A stretch of 64,000 nucleotides of DNA from contig OZ024740.1 of NCBI GenBank assembly GCA_964016885.1, positions 381,858,001 through 381,922,000 of the forward strand, read 5' to 3'. Both the position numbers and the translations under genes were made by a program. The stretch comes from Eledone cirrhosa. Its lineage: Eukaryota. Positions 27,272 through 45,746 of this stretch are shown here, piece after piece; within the stretch, counting starts at the first letter, position 1; every line of letters starts with the position of its first letter. Under the pieces are notes generated by a model. That model saw nothing but the letters and a program-made list of their open reading frames with translations. It had not been told where the DNA came from and did no database searches.

Positions 27272-28440
27272 AAAGTAAAGATCAAAATCAAAAACAAAAT
27301 AAAGTAAAAATAGGGTGGGGGACGCGTTGACAACGATAGGTGTGAGTGTGCAGGGTGGGGGAATAAAGAAAAACAACTTAAATATAAACAAATACACATA
27401 ATATGCATATACATATAGATATATATACATACACATATACACATATACACATGTACAAGCATATATACCTACACACACATGCAAACACACACACGTATAT
27501 ATATGTGTATACATATATAACAAAAATAAATATACCTACACATACACATACATGTGCATGCATATATATATATATACATATATATATCAACCCCATTAGA
27601 TAGAACAATCAGCAAAACATTTACATCAAGCGTTTATCAAACGTCCCGTCATCCCTAGCCCATAAATCTCATACATGTATCCACCAATTAATCTCTAATT
27701 TATTGTTTTTTCTTGTATCTGTCACTACATCGGACCCTCTACACATATCTATGTACATCTCGAATCTGATTTTTCATGTTAACACTAAACCCACCAACGA
27801 ATTCTTATAAGAACACTTACTCAAAACTACTACTAACATACTATGTACTTACACGCTCCCACTTATCCTTATTTATTTCTTTATATTTTCCAATTTCTCA
27901 TTTTCTTACTTTTTTAATGTATCCTATCTTATCTTTTACTTTTTACTTTTTACATCTGTAACTTCTCTACCTATTTACCATATATGTTTTTTTTTATTAT
28001 TTATGTTATTGTTTTGATTATACGCTATTTTTCTATATATGTCTTGCCTCGAGTGAATTATTTTCATATCTACGTACTATGATGTGTTGACCAGAGGTAA
28101 ATAATGTATTGGAGATCGAGTGACGCAACTTCAAGCGATAGCGAACTCTAGACTCACCTGATCAACGAAACAATTTTCATTACTTTATATAAAGCCCCTT
28201 ATTGTACAGCCAACCATGTTACACTTCATTCTTTAACTATTATTACTCCAAGTATAACCTGCATAGAAATTACGGCGACCTCGCTGCATAAGTGTGGAAG
28301 CATCTTGTTGAGTCAAAACTATCCACGACGCACAGTACTCACAACCTCTAAGTGGATTACCTATATCGATAACTTGTTATCACATATTATACACACACAC
28401 ACACACACACGCATATATATATATATATTTATATATAAAT

Positions 28441-29312
<872 letters not shown>

Positions 29313-29506
29313 ATACTTGGGGAGGGTCATATTTGTGTAATATTGCCAGAATTAATAACAGAACACACTCACTGTTTGGTTGGTTTTCGCTTCTGTGTCC
29401 TTTATATCGGTTAATTTAATTTATTCGGTCCTCAATGTTGCCATTGACTGACCAACGGTCAAAAATAATACAGTACAATATAGACACAAACACATATATA
29501 TAGTTT

Positions 29507-29547
29507 ATCAAAGTTCTTTCGTTGCACATGTGCAACTCGTCAGTGGT
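29507..29547 (-). ncRNA. Hammerhead motif in the PLE3 3' UTR
   Basis: cacca-CTGACGA-gttgca(catg)tgcaac-GAAA-gaac-TT-tgata. Core and helix II are perfect; helices I and III are weak. Confidence 0.6.
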
Positions 29548-29810
29548 GCTATTGTTTCCTCCCGTTGCATTGTATTTTCTACGCCATCTTTATTTAGTCT
29601 GTTTATATATTTATTTATTTGTTTATTTTTTTGTCTTCTTTGCGCATGCGTTTGCGTGTGTGTATAGTGTTTTGTTTGATGTGTGTTCGTGATTGGGTGA
29701 CTATGTATTGGTTAATGTATTCTATCTTTACTAATGTGTGTTTATATGTGTTTGTTGTTATTGTGCTTGTGTATGTATTTATTTATTTATCTATTTATTT
29801 ATTTATTTAT

Positions 29811-32255
29811 TTATACTTCTCTTAGGTCAGTGTTGTTTGTTTGTGTGTTGTTGTTTTTCCATTCATTTTTTCTGTTTAGCCTTGGCCTTCTAAGTTCTAT
29901 TTGCCTACCTGCTGGGTCATTTCTATGTTTAGATATTATTCTAATTTCTATGTTGTCTATGTTACCGTCGTGTTGTTGTCTGGCATGTTCGTATAGTACT
30001 GAACCGCTTTTTCGTCCTTTTAGTTCCTCCCAGTGTTGGTCTATCCTTTCAACTATGCTACGAGCTGTCTCGCCTATGTATGTTGTTGTCATGTTTCTGC
30101 AAGTACCCTCTGTACATCTTATGCTATAGACTACGTTTCTAGTTTTACAGTTTATCCGTGGGTTTACCTTACATATGATACATTTCCTATTAGTACAGGG
30201 GGTTTTCTTAAAAGGGTAGGTTTTGTTGATCAGGGATTTTATGGTGGTTCCTGGCTTTTCTACCACCTTAATCTTTAAGTGGGTCTTTCTCAGGGCCTTT
30301 CTACACTGGTTAGCTAATTTCTCTGCAGGGGTAGCGTCCACAAACATGACACTTTGGTATCTCTGGTTGTCGTACCATGAGGTGGCTTTCCCTAACTTAT
30401 GTCTAGCCCTATCTTAGCTATTCCATGATTTGCTCCTGCATACTGGGCAAATGCCTTTCATGGCCAGTTCTATAAGGGTCTTATACGTCTCCGTGGATCG
30501 TTCGTATACTTTGATTCTGTCTCTTTGGTTGTAGCCTGAGAACTGCATGCGGTTAATGAAGTGTTGGATGTGTCTTTCCATTTCTGTTGGGTGGCACATG
30601 CGGGACACGTTCTTCATCACTCGTACCAAGTCTGCGATCAGAATATTAAACCTAGCACTACTGGACATTGCTGAGTTTTTGAGTATCAGGTATTTCGAGG
30701 CCATGGGTTTAACATAGTGTGAGTGGAGAATTTGGGCTCTCTCGTCTATAGTGTTAATCCAGAGTTCTGTGTCTAATACAGGTAGTCTATTGTTAGGGTG
30801 TTTGAAAGGGTAGTCGATAGTTACAGTTATACTGTGGTGTACGGAATTAGATATCTGCTGGATGCTTTCCATTGTGCTACGTTCTAAATCAAACTTATTA
30901 GTGCTCTCTTGTGGGGATGTTCTTATAACTATATTGATGTCGTCTACGTAACGAGAGTACATGATGAGGTCTATGGACCTCTCATCAAGGAGAACTTTGA
31001 GACTCCTTTCCCACCATACCATAAAAAGATTGGCAACGTCACCAGCTATACTGACGCCAATGGCTGCTCCCTTATTTTGGGTGTAGATCTTCTCGTTGAA
31101 TTTGAATATGTGGTCCTTTAGGGTAGTTTTGATACTAGCCCCTATTGCATGTGCGACCATTTTTCTTGCCTGATCATTGTTTTGGGGGGTCCGTATAGCT
31201 TTGTTCCACCCAATCCACCTTCCCATGGGAGTCTTTTTAGCCATTGAGGTTATGGTGGAGGTCTACCTCTTATGGGTCTACTGGGGCAGAAACGTCTAAG
31301 ATCATGTCTGTCTAGGTAGTCAGTGTCGTAGGTAAGTCTAAGTAGGAGGCCCAGTTCGTCTGTGTCGACGTCGCTGACCTCCACCTCACTCTCAATGATC
31401 ATTTCCACACATTTTTCCACAGCAAAATCAATGTTAATGGATGGGTACAGTGATACCACATCCATGCTGCCTATGATGCAGTTGGATAGGTTTTTGTTTT
31501 TGTTGCACTCACTGATTCTGCTGAGGAGGTCTTATGTACTGTCACATACATTTGGGGATATCTTGATTATGGGGCGTATAACCATTGAGAGGAAATATGA
31601 GATCCTGTAGTTGCTAGCTATATTTGCTCCGCATACGGGTCTTGTTGGTGGTCCTGTTGTCGGGTCGTCGACTGTCTTGTGGTCTTTGCGGAGCCCATAC
31701 AAGTGTTGTATGCCATTGTTAGACGCCTGGAAGTTGTTGGCAGTGCGTCTGTTTGGCTTTAGGATGTCGGTCCACATCATCATGTGAGCGTTAAGGATTT
31801 TCTCTCTCCCATCATGTATTTGCTGCTCAATTTCGCTCGTGTTGGTGATGTGGGGTTGCATAGCCTTGATCTAGTTCGGCATGTTATCTATTGACATCCT
31901 ACCAGACTTATCCGTGGGTAGACATACAACCTCACCATCCCTTGTGCGCTGCTTGAGGCTAACCAAGCCTCCTACAGGTTTCCTCCCAAGTTGTTGGGCC
32001 TCTGGTCTGCTCTGTCTCTTAGTATACCGGTCTACTATTTGTCTTATCTTATTTCTAGATATGGTGAACTGTGCCTCTCTCTCGTCATCTATTTACTGTG
32101 GTATGCACACTCTTTATTAAAGGGTAACCTCGTAGGATAGATATTACCCATCTTATATGTTTTGTCAGCTGGATTGAAGAATAGTTTCTCTAAGGGGTTG
32201 TCATTATATCTATCGTCATAGTTGTGTGTGTTACTATTATTGTTATTATGGTGGT
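29811..32255 (-). pseudogene. PLE RT + GIY-YIG endonuclease (decayed)
   Basis: LYGLRKDHK..GPPTRPVCGA; MDVVSLYPSI; GAAIGVSIAGDVANLFM; YSRYVDDINIV; LPVLDTELW; HYVKPMAS; CTNRKCIIC..CKTRNVVYSIRC..C...YIGETARSIVERIDQH. Confidence 0.9.
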
Positions 32256-32447
32256 TGTCAATGGCAACATTGAGGACCGAATAAATTAAATTAACCGATA
32301 TAAAAGACACAGAAGCGAAAAGCGAAAACCAACCAAACAGTGAGTGTGTTCTGTTATTAATTCTGGGAATATTACACAAATATGACCCTCCCCAAGTATA
32401 ACAATATTTGTTTCGACACACGATTTCATATCAAAAACCTCGCAAAA

Positions 32448-32503
<56 letters not shown>

Positions 32504-33328
32504 GGGGTAACAGATTATTGTTATAGGTAGTCCACTTAGGTGTAGTCCAGTTAGGGTACTCCGAGTAGTGGATGATATCAACGCTTGGCTAAGTTTGACT
32601 CAACAGCGCGTTTCTCACAAGCTCTAATGAATTGACTGGTTACAACTATGTATTGGTGATCCAATGACGTGAAAATAATGGGGTAGCTATCTCTAAACGT
32701 ACCAGTTCAGAGAAACAATTGTCAGCAATGAGATTAAAAACTTTTTTTGTATAGCAAAACGTGTCACTCTTCTTTCCTGATTTTTATATATATATATATA
32801 TATATATACGTGAGCGCATGTGAGTGTATTAAAAAATGTGTAGAGATACGTTTAGAGACAGATATCGTTTACACCGTTTGCTGCTTGCCTAAACCTAGTG
32901 TCTCAGTACATGCCGGGCACCAGCGCCCCCACCTTACGAAACACCCGTAAAATAAAACAAAAATTAAAAACCAACAAACCAAAACTATAATATAATAATT
33001 GCTAATCAATCAAACTCTACATCAGTAACTTTCAGATGTCAAGAATACAGTGCTAGCTCTCACTTTCCACAGCATAACGTGTAATGAAAGAAGTTGCGGT
33101 GTGTAGTGATGTTTATTGTTTAATAAAATCTCATTGATATATGCCGTCGATTGAAAACAAACGTAATGTATAAAAAGAAGCGAGTAAAATAGAATGAACA
33201 AAAAAGAGAGGAAAGGGAGTTGGAAAATAATGAATAAGACTGTAGTAAGATATTACATATACGCTACATCATGCTAAGTTTGACCCCAAATTGCAAATCC
33301 CATGTCTGTGCGGTTGGGTAGGCAGGTT

Positions 33329-33429
<101 letters not shown>

Positions 33430-33432
33430 TTA

Positions 33433-33856
33433 TATTAATGAAAAAGAACAAAGGAACTATTATGATATTATAACAAGTTTATTGCCGACAGCCGTTTCGT
33501 CCGACCATATGGTGGGACTTTTCAAAGCATATAACATGTGATTGTAAGTTCATTATTTACATCAACGTATCACTCAAGACTAGCAGTTCGGAATTGTGGT
33601 ATACATCAGCAGCTCCGCTTGTATATTTGGGGTCTATATTCTAAGGGGGCTCTTTTATATTAGTTGTCGAAGTCAGGGATTGAAGGTTAAAAATTAGATG
33701 ATTTATAATTTACGCATTAAAAGTAAAAGACTTGGGATCACGTAGAAGCACCTTAAAAAATCCCTCAATAAGTGCATAAAGCTTACAAGCCCCAATAAAC
33801 TTAACAAACTAGAAGAGATTAAGAGACTAATAAAAAAAAAAAATAAAACAATAAAA

Positions 33857-33889
<33 letters not shown>

Positions 33890-34998
33890 TTAAATATAAA
33901 ATTTCCTAAGAAATTCCTTCAAGAAAAAAAAAATGTTTTCGAAAGAAAAAAACTTTCTTCCCCAGAGATCACGTTAAAAAATTTCAGAAAATTTACTAAG
34001 TTTTGATAATCCCTACTAATTTGGAAGAAACTAATCAATTAAAGGTTAATTCAAAAACCCTTCAATAAATCCCTCAGAAAAGGCCCCTTTAATATTTTTA
34101 ATAGGAACCTCCTATGAGAGACCCTTGGATATCCCAAATACCGTAATTTTTAACTTTTAATTTATAATTTTCCTCAATTCGTTTATATATATCCTTAAAG
34201 GCTCTCTAAAATTTTAATTCTTCGAAGGGTCTCTCGGAGGTGGTTCCTATTAAAAATATTAAAGGGGCCTTTTCTGAGGGATTTATTGAAGGCTTTTTGA
34301 ATTAACCTTTAATTGATTAGTTTCTTCCAACTTAGTAGGGATTATCAAAACTTCGTAAATTTTCTGAAATTTTTTAACGTGATCTCTGGGGAAGAAAGTT
34401 TTTTTCTTTCGAAAAAATCTTTTTTCTCTCGAAGGAATTTCTTAGGAAACTTTATATTTTTTTAGGGAAACTTTATATTTTTATTTTTTTATTTTATTAG
34501 TCTCTTAATCTCTTCTAGTTTGTTAAGTTTATTGGGGCTTGTAAGCTTTATGCACTTATTGAGGGATTTTTTAAGGTGCTTCTACGTGATCCCAAGTCTT
34601 TTACTTATAATGCGTAAATTATAAATTATCTAATTTTTAACCTTCAATCCCTGACTCCGACAACTAATATAAATGAGCCCTCTTAGAATATAGACCCCAA
34701 ATATACAAGCGGAGCTGCTGATGTATACCACAATTTCAAACTGCTAGTCTTGACTGATTCGTTGATGTAAATAATGAACTTACAATCACATGTTATATGC
34801 CTTAAAAAGTCCCACCATATGGTCGGACGAAACGGCTGTCGCAATAAACTTGTTATAATGCCATAATAGTTCCTTTGTTCTTTTTCATTAATATTTCTGC
34901 TCTGCTTATACGCATAGAGCTTAACTAGCTACCGTCACATATTTGGAAGGTCAGACGTGATCATCGCGATTCACATACGACCTACCATACATCTTGCT
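33433..34998. mobile_element. Large non-coding fold-back (~690-bp arms) in TA repeats with a U3-A8 hammerhead
   Basis: 33433-34126 is inverted at 34225-34893, followed by a ~100-nt tail. tgct-TTGAAAA-gtcc(caccatatggtc)ggac-GAAA-cggctg-TC-ggca at 33483-33528 (-); decayed copy at 34798-34843 (+). Confidence 0.85.
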
Positions 34999-35305
34999 TA
35001 TATATATATATATATATATATATATGCGATTCTTTTCTTAAACGTTAATCTGTTATTTTAATAAATATTTGCTCTACGGTTCTTATATATTTGATACATA
35101 TTTATCCTTATCGAGCCCCCTTCAAATTTATTATTATTACTATACATATATATATATATATATGTATATATAACGTTATTCCGGGTTGAATCTGAGGTAA
35201 CCCCATTAAGTAAGGTTCTCAATACATAGCAAAGTATAACAGTTTTAATATAGATGAGATTCTACAGGAATCAGATTCCTGATGATTTCTGTTATATATA
35301 TTTAC

Positions 35306-35384
<79 letters not shown>

Positions 35385-35608
35385 GTATGGTGTGTATGTA
35401 TGTAGTATGTATACATATGCTTATGTGTATGTGTAAATATTATATTTCCTTCTACCGAATATCAATCATAATACTTTCTTCAATTGACATGAGGTGACTA
35501 TAGAAGGCAAAACCTGCGACCTTATTATGTTCTACCAGAGAAAAGAAGTCCTTCTCACGATATTGTTAGTGCTGTTGTATGATTTACTTACCGTCCTATC
35601 TTTTATGA

Positions 35609-35693
<85 letters not shown>

Positions 35694-35704
35694 CCTCTCT
35701 CTCT

Positions 35705-35746
<42 letters not shown>

Positions 35747-35747
<1 letters not shown>

Positions 35748-35943
35748 GGAACAAGTAAGACCCCGACGGCTGAGCTCAAGCCGTTTCGACGGCTAATTCT
35801 GGACTTAGTCCAGAATTAGCCGTCGAAACGGCTTGAGCTCAGCCGTCGGGGTCTTACTTGTTCCTATTACCCACTCTACTACCCAAAGTATTGAGTACTT
35901 TGGTGCGTTATGGTCCACCTGGTTCCTTACCACATTTCCTTCG

Positions 35944-35946
<3 letters not shown>
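35747..35946. mobile_element. Mini fold-back family G; relatives at 36025-36227, 42657-42745, 44768-44860, 45512-45688 and 52055-52108
   Basis: Perfect palindrome 35746-35866. 3' half-hammerhead gtc-GAAA-cggcttgagctcagccg-TC-ggggt. Shared tail tattacccactctact...gttatggtccacc. (TA)n flanks. Confidence 0.8.
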
Positions 35947-35980
<34 letters not shown>

Positions 35981-36296
35981 GGTATATATTTAAATAAATA
36001 TATATATATATGTATATATATGAAAACATCGAGACACCGACGACTGAGCTCCAGCCGTTTCAACCCCGAGATCCAAACTCAAACAGTTCGGATCTGGCTG
36101 TTGAAACGGCCGGACATCAGCCGTTGGGGTCCCGAATTTTTCATATTACTTACACTACTACCCCAAGAATCGAATACTCTGGTGAGTTATGGTCTAACTT
36201 GTTTTTACCTCCCCCATTCTGATACATTTCTCTCTCTCTCACTCTCTCCCTCTCTCACTCTCTCCGTCTCTCTCTCTCTCTGCCCCTCTCTCTCTC

Positions 36297-36357
<61 letters not shown>

Positions 36358-36444
36358 TGTGTGTGTATGTGTGTGGGAGTGGGAAGAGATATGTATCAGA
36401 ATGGAAGAGGTAAAAACGAGTTGACCTGTACTTGATGTTGTGCT

Positions 36445-36489
<45 letters not shown>

Positions 36490-38810
36490 TATACAGGAAC
36501 AACATCAAGTGCAGGTCAACTCTCAGAGTGCCTCCACCATCGTATCTGTGATCTACAGAGAAGCGGTTGTTGGGCCGTTATAGAAAAGGTCTGTCTTCAC
36601 CTGCCGTCCTGCCACTCTAGCGGTGCTGGTTCCCTCGTTATACTGCTCTGAAGAACATAATTAAAGTTGCATCGGGCTTCCAGTCACAGCTTGGCCTAGC
36701 TGGCCTCAATTTTGGTGATGGTAAGTGCCCAGATGTGTCCATCCTTTTCCCATTTGGGAGAGATAAATCTAATCTTTAACCACGTCACTTCTGCCGCAAA
36801 GCCGTGGATTATGGAGCATTATGCAGAGGATAGGAAGTTAATCAGAAACCGCAGTTTGACTGACTAGTATTTTTTTACTTCAGTCCCCGTCGCGGCTTCT
36901 TGTGACCAAACTGCTGTTTTCCTACGCAAAATCTGGAAGGTTTCTGCCGCCCGAGGTGGCAGTTGCAGTGTATGTCACTGGACATTCTCCGGGGAAATGC
37001 CTTCACTATCGCGTCCGCGGATTGCTGCTGAAACATATATTTCGATGCCGAATCACATAACCTCCCTTAACCTATCAAATCGCACTCCAAACAGAGATTT
37101 GTGTCACATCTTTTCCAAAAAAAAACAAAGATTTAGCAACATCAGTTAGATGTGACTTACAAATCGGCATAGCCACACATCTCTCCATCACTCTTGACTT
37201 TTGAAATTCATGAAAACTTATGAAACCGGTAATGCTAAAAGTGATTGTAAATAAACCTTCTTGAAGCCTCAAATGCCATTGTCAACTTACTTATCATATA
37301 TATATATATATATATATATTCTTGCTTCACTCCTTCTTAGTCAGCTTTTCAACCCACTTTCATAAATATCTATATTGTTTTACTCTTTTACCTGTTCCAG
37401 CCATCCGGGTGAGGCCATGCTGGGGCATGTGTGTGTAGCAAAATATTAGTGGATGCAAAAAAGGAAAAAGAAAAACAATGCTCATTAGGTTAGATAGCTT
37501 ATTTTCTATATATTAATGTTCATACATCGAGCCCAATTTTTACCATTCCTCCAGATTTGTAAGTAAAAACGTTGTTTAAAATGACCTTGCATATCTTATT
37601 GCATATCTTATGCTAACTTGAGAATTTTTTGTTGCGTTATGTATAATCTCTGTCTTATACACAATAGATTTGATATTAGATTTCTGTTGGGGAGGGCTTT
37701 TGATATAAATCTTAGTAATACAAATTTGTTTGATATAAACTTAGACCCAACCACAACTTCCGATAGAACAAATATATATTTTCCTCAGATAATCTTTCAA
37801 TATTTCAGAACAATATATCTTTAATAGGGTACTACTCTTAGACATTGGCTGTATTTGTCTTTTCTGATAAATGTAAATTATTAAAAATATGCAAATCTGA
37901 ATTTACAACAATATAGATTTAGCAAATAATATATTTATGTATGATTTGAGTGAAAAATATTTGAATATTTAATTATTGATGGCAGTAAATTATAAAATGG
38001 ATTAAATATCTATGCCTTAAGTGCATAATCAAATTGCATTTATAATCAATAACAATTACAAATTTAATGTATTCTGCTTGCAAAGGCGCTAATTTCTCTA
38101 TCGGCTCGTTGTATTAATTATTTCATAGTTATATGAATATGCCAAATGATTTGAAAATCAAGTTATACTTATAATAACTTACGGTAAGTATATACTGTGC
38201 TATGCTAAGAAACTTTAAAAAGTTTAAGTAACCCTTCTCCGCCGATATATCGTTGTCGTATAGAATCCTCTGGCGCCTAAATAAGATTCACGGAAAATGA
38301 AAAAAAAACACTACTGCAGCTTGTTTACTTGCCACACAATGTCGTAAATAGAGGAGGCACATATTGACGTTTTCAGTGCCACACATCGGCTGAAAGTCAA
38401 TACAACAGAACCTATCACTTCGTAAATCCATTACCCACTCATAAAACCATTATTTTTGCCCGTTGGAAGATGAAACAATATAATATAATCTCACAATTAT
38501 ATATTCACAATTTGCCCCACAGTGTACAAGCCTAATCACTCTATTATTCTGAGCTGCACTAGCGGCTGTCTACTTGCGGCATTGATGCTACATCATCTAC
38601 CGGCATGATGAATGGAATATTTAATATTATAAACTTAGAAAACAAACAGAGGCCACCACAGGAAAGGGCGAGAAACCAATTTCTATCAGTTATACTGAAG
38701 ATTCTCTGACAAACCTACGATTCACTATATTGTTTCCACCTAATTTAAACCAACCAGATTTAGTAACTTACTAATTTTCATATCAGTATTGAAATAAAGT
38801 TATTTTTATA

Positions 38811-38846
<36 letters not shown>

Positions 38847-38869
38847 ATATATATATATATATATATATA

Positions 38870-38926
<57 letters not shown>

Positions 38927-38984
38927 AAGGGCAAAGGAGCTCTTAAGAGTCAATGGCCATCCAAAATCGCTGGGAGAGATGACC

Positions 38985-39170
38985 CTTTAGCCTTTGTCAA
39001 GGCAGAATTCTAGGAGAAGGAAAACTCTGATATAACACCTGCAACTCTGATGGTATCCAATGATGTTGACTTGTTCTTCTTTTTGGTAAATATCATCTTG
39101 GTTAAGAGAGTGGGACTGGCTTTGTGCAGTGCCTTTGCTCACTATAAAAGCTTCACGGCACAGGCATTGC
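38985..39170 (+). repeat. Dispersed repeat shared with 47320-47512; contains an RTE 5'-UTR-like segment
   Basis: cctttg(t/c)caaggca..ttctag(g/t)agaagg..aactc(t/c)gatataa.acctgc...gatgttga...gagagtggga.tgg...cacaggcattgc occurs at both sites. Confidence 0.55.
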
Positions 39171-39378
39171 TTTATATCTGGAGATCTCTCTGCACTTGTC
39201 GTCACAGGGTACCATGGGCCCAGCACTATGTGTCAATATTTGTCACAAGTGTAGTGTTTGTACCAGAGTTTTCAAGTTGCTGGTTGGACTAAAAAGTCAC
39301 ACTCGTTCAGCGCATCGGTAGGGGTTCTCTTATATGGATATAAAGTAGTGGCCGTACTCGAAAACGAGTTGGCAGCCA

Positions 39379-39428
<50 letters not shown>

Positions 39429-39429
39429 T

Positions 39430-40247
39430 TACGGGGAGTGTCAGAAAAGTAACAGGTGTTACTGTGCTGTGCGAGCTATGAGTGAGGTAGGGAGTAGCTG
39501 GTTGCACCGCCGTATGACAGCATGTTCAGGGAGTCGATAACGGCAATTTCTGCGCTCTCTAACCATTGTATGTATTTTTACGTACTTTTGTCAACAGCTC
39601 CTCAATTTTAGGCTGACGATCAATGAGCTAGGAGCAACGAACTAACCTGAAATTTGTGGTTCGGTCGGAGAAACTTCGTTAGAAGCACCCACAGTTGATA
39701 AAATGTGGTACTAATGAGTTTTTGAGTAGCGCACAAATATAAAAAAAAGGGTTGCAAGGATGTGGAAGACCACCCCAGGAGTTGAATGCCTCAGACATGT
39801 GCGGCGTGGTGATTGTCGGCTGAATGTCCGCCTCATCACAAGTGAGTCGGACATGAACCGATACACCATGTGAAAGATCATCACCGAAGATTTGTGCATG
39901 CAGTAGATATGCGCAAAGATGGTGCTGAGGTTTTTGAATGAACGGTGCTAGTAGGTGTATCAGAATATTCCTCTAGCGTTCTGAAACCAAATCAAATTTG
40001 CTCGGGAGACTCTTCACCGATGATGAGTCATTGATCTTCAAGTACGACCCGGAGACCAAGTGCCAGAGCCTTCAAGAGGACCATGGCCACCGACTGCGGA
40101 AAATCCGGGAGAATCCTTCCAGGAGTGCATGGAGACGTAGTGGCCAAGTAAGTGGATAATTTCGAAGAGGAAGTCTTGTAGTTTGTACTTTGGATTTTAA
40201 ATATTTTTTTTCTATTCCAGTCCTCTTGATTTCCTGAAACACCTTAT
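39430..40247 (+). mobile_element. Internally deleted mariner element
   Basis: Fragments EQRTNLKF, DCRLNVRLI..KIITEDLCMQ*ICAKMVLR and FTDDESLIFKYDPETKCQS. Degenerate TIRs bounded by TA. Confidence 0.85.
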
Positions 40248-40340
40248 ATATATATTGGTATATTATATTCATAAATATCTAATACATATATACATTCGTG
40301 TATCCGTGTATATATAAATATATACACGGATACACGAATG

Positions 40341-44735
<4,395 letters not shown>

Positions 44736-44866
44736 ACCTTTCCATATATATATATATATATATATATTGACATTTTTCATATTACCCACTTTACTAACCA
44801 AAGTTTTGAGTATGCTGTTGCGTTATGGTCCACCGGTATCTAACCACAACTTCTTTATTGTCTCTC

Positions 44867-44990
<124 letters not shown>

Positions 44991-45029
44991 AAGAGAGAGA
45001 GAGAGAGAGATATATACATATATAGTTAC

Positions 45030-45345
45030 ACTAGCGCATTGGGCTTGCAATCGGAAGGTTGTGAGCTCGGACCGGGTGATGCGTTGCGTCCTTGTGCAAG
45101 ACCCATTATTTCACTTTGCTCTAGTTCACTCAGCTGCAGAAATAAGTTACGACGTCACTGGTGTCAAGCTGTATCGGCCATTGCCTTTGCTTTGGACATC
45201 ATCGGCGGCGTGGCGAGCAGGAGGCTGGTTTGCATGGGCGATGGTTGGTCTTCCACAAATAACTTTGCCAGGATTTGTGCCTCTAAGGGGAACTTTCTAG
45301 GTGTAAATCCCATGGTCACTCGTGACTGAAGCGGGTCTTTATCTT
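45030..45345 (+). mobile_element. tRNA-derived SINE family 2 (degenerate copy at 56433-56600)
   Basis: tRNA-like head followed by gcgttg(c/t)gtccttg(t/a)gcaagac...tttcactttgctctagttcactcagctg. The 56433 copy keeps gaaggcgcgtggc and the B box gagttcgattcc. Confidence 0.7.
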
Positions 45346-45411
45346 ACAACAGTGACATAAACATATATGTGTATATACATATACATTCACACAAACACAC
45401 ACACATACACT

Positions 45412-45509
<98 letters not shown>

Positions 45510-45684
45510 TATAGGAACCGGTAAGACCCCGACGGCTGAGCTCAAGCCGTTTCGACGGCTAATTCTCGAAACGGCTTGAGCTCAGCCGTCGGGGTCTTAC
45601 CGGTTCCTATTACCCACTCTACTACCCCAAGTATTGAGTACTTTGGTGCGTTATGGTCCACCTGGTTCCTTACCACATTTCCTT

Positions 45685-45746
<62 letters not shown>

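Noticed and set aside
38925-39030. HDV-like ribozyme in the RTE 5'-UTR-like repeat
   Set aside because: Only a partial P1-like pairing (ggccatc/gatgacc) is visible. I could not build P3, L3 or P1.1.
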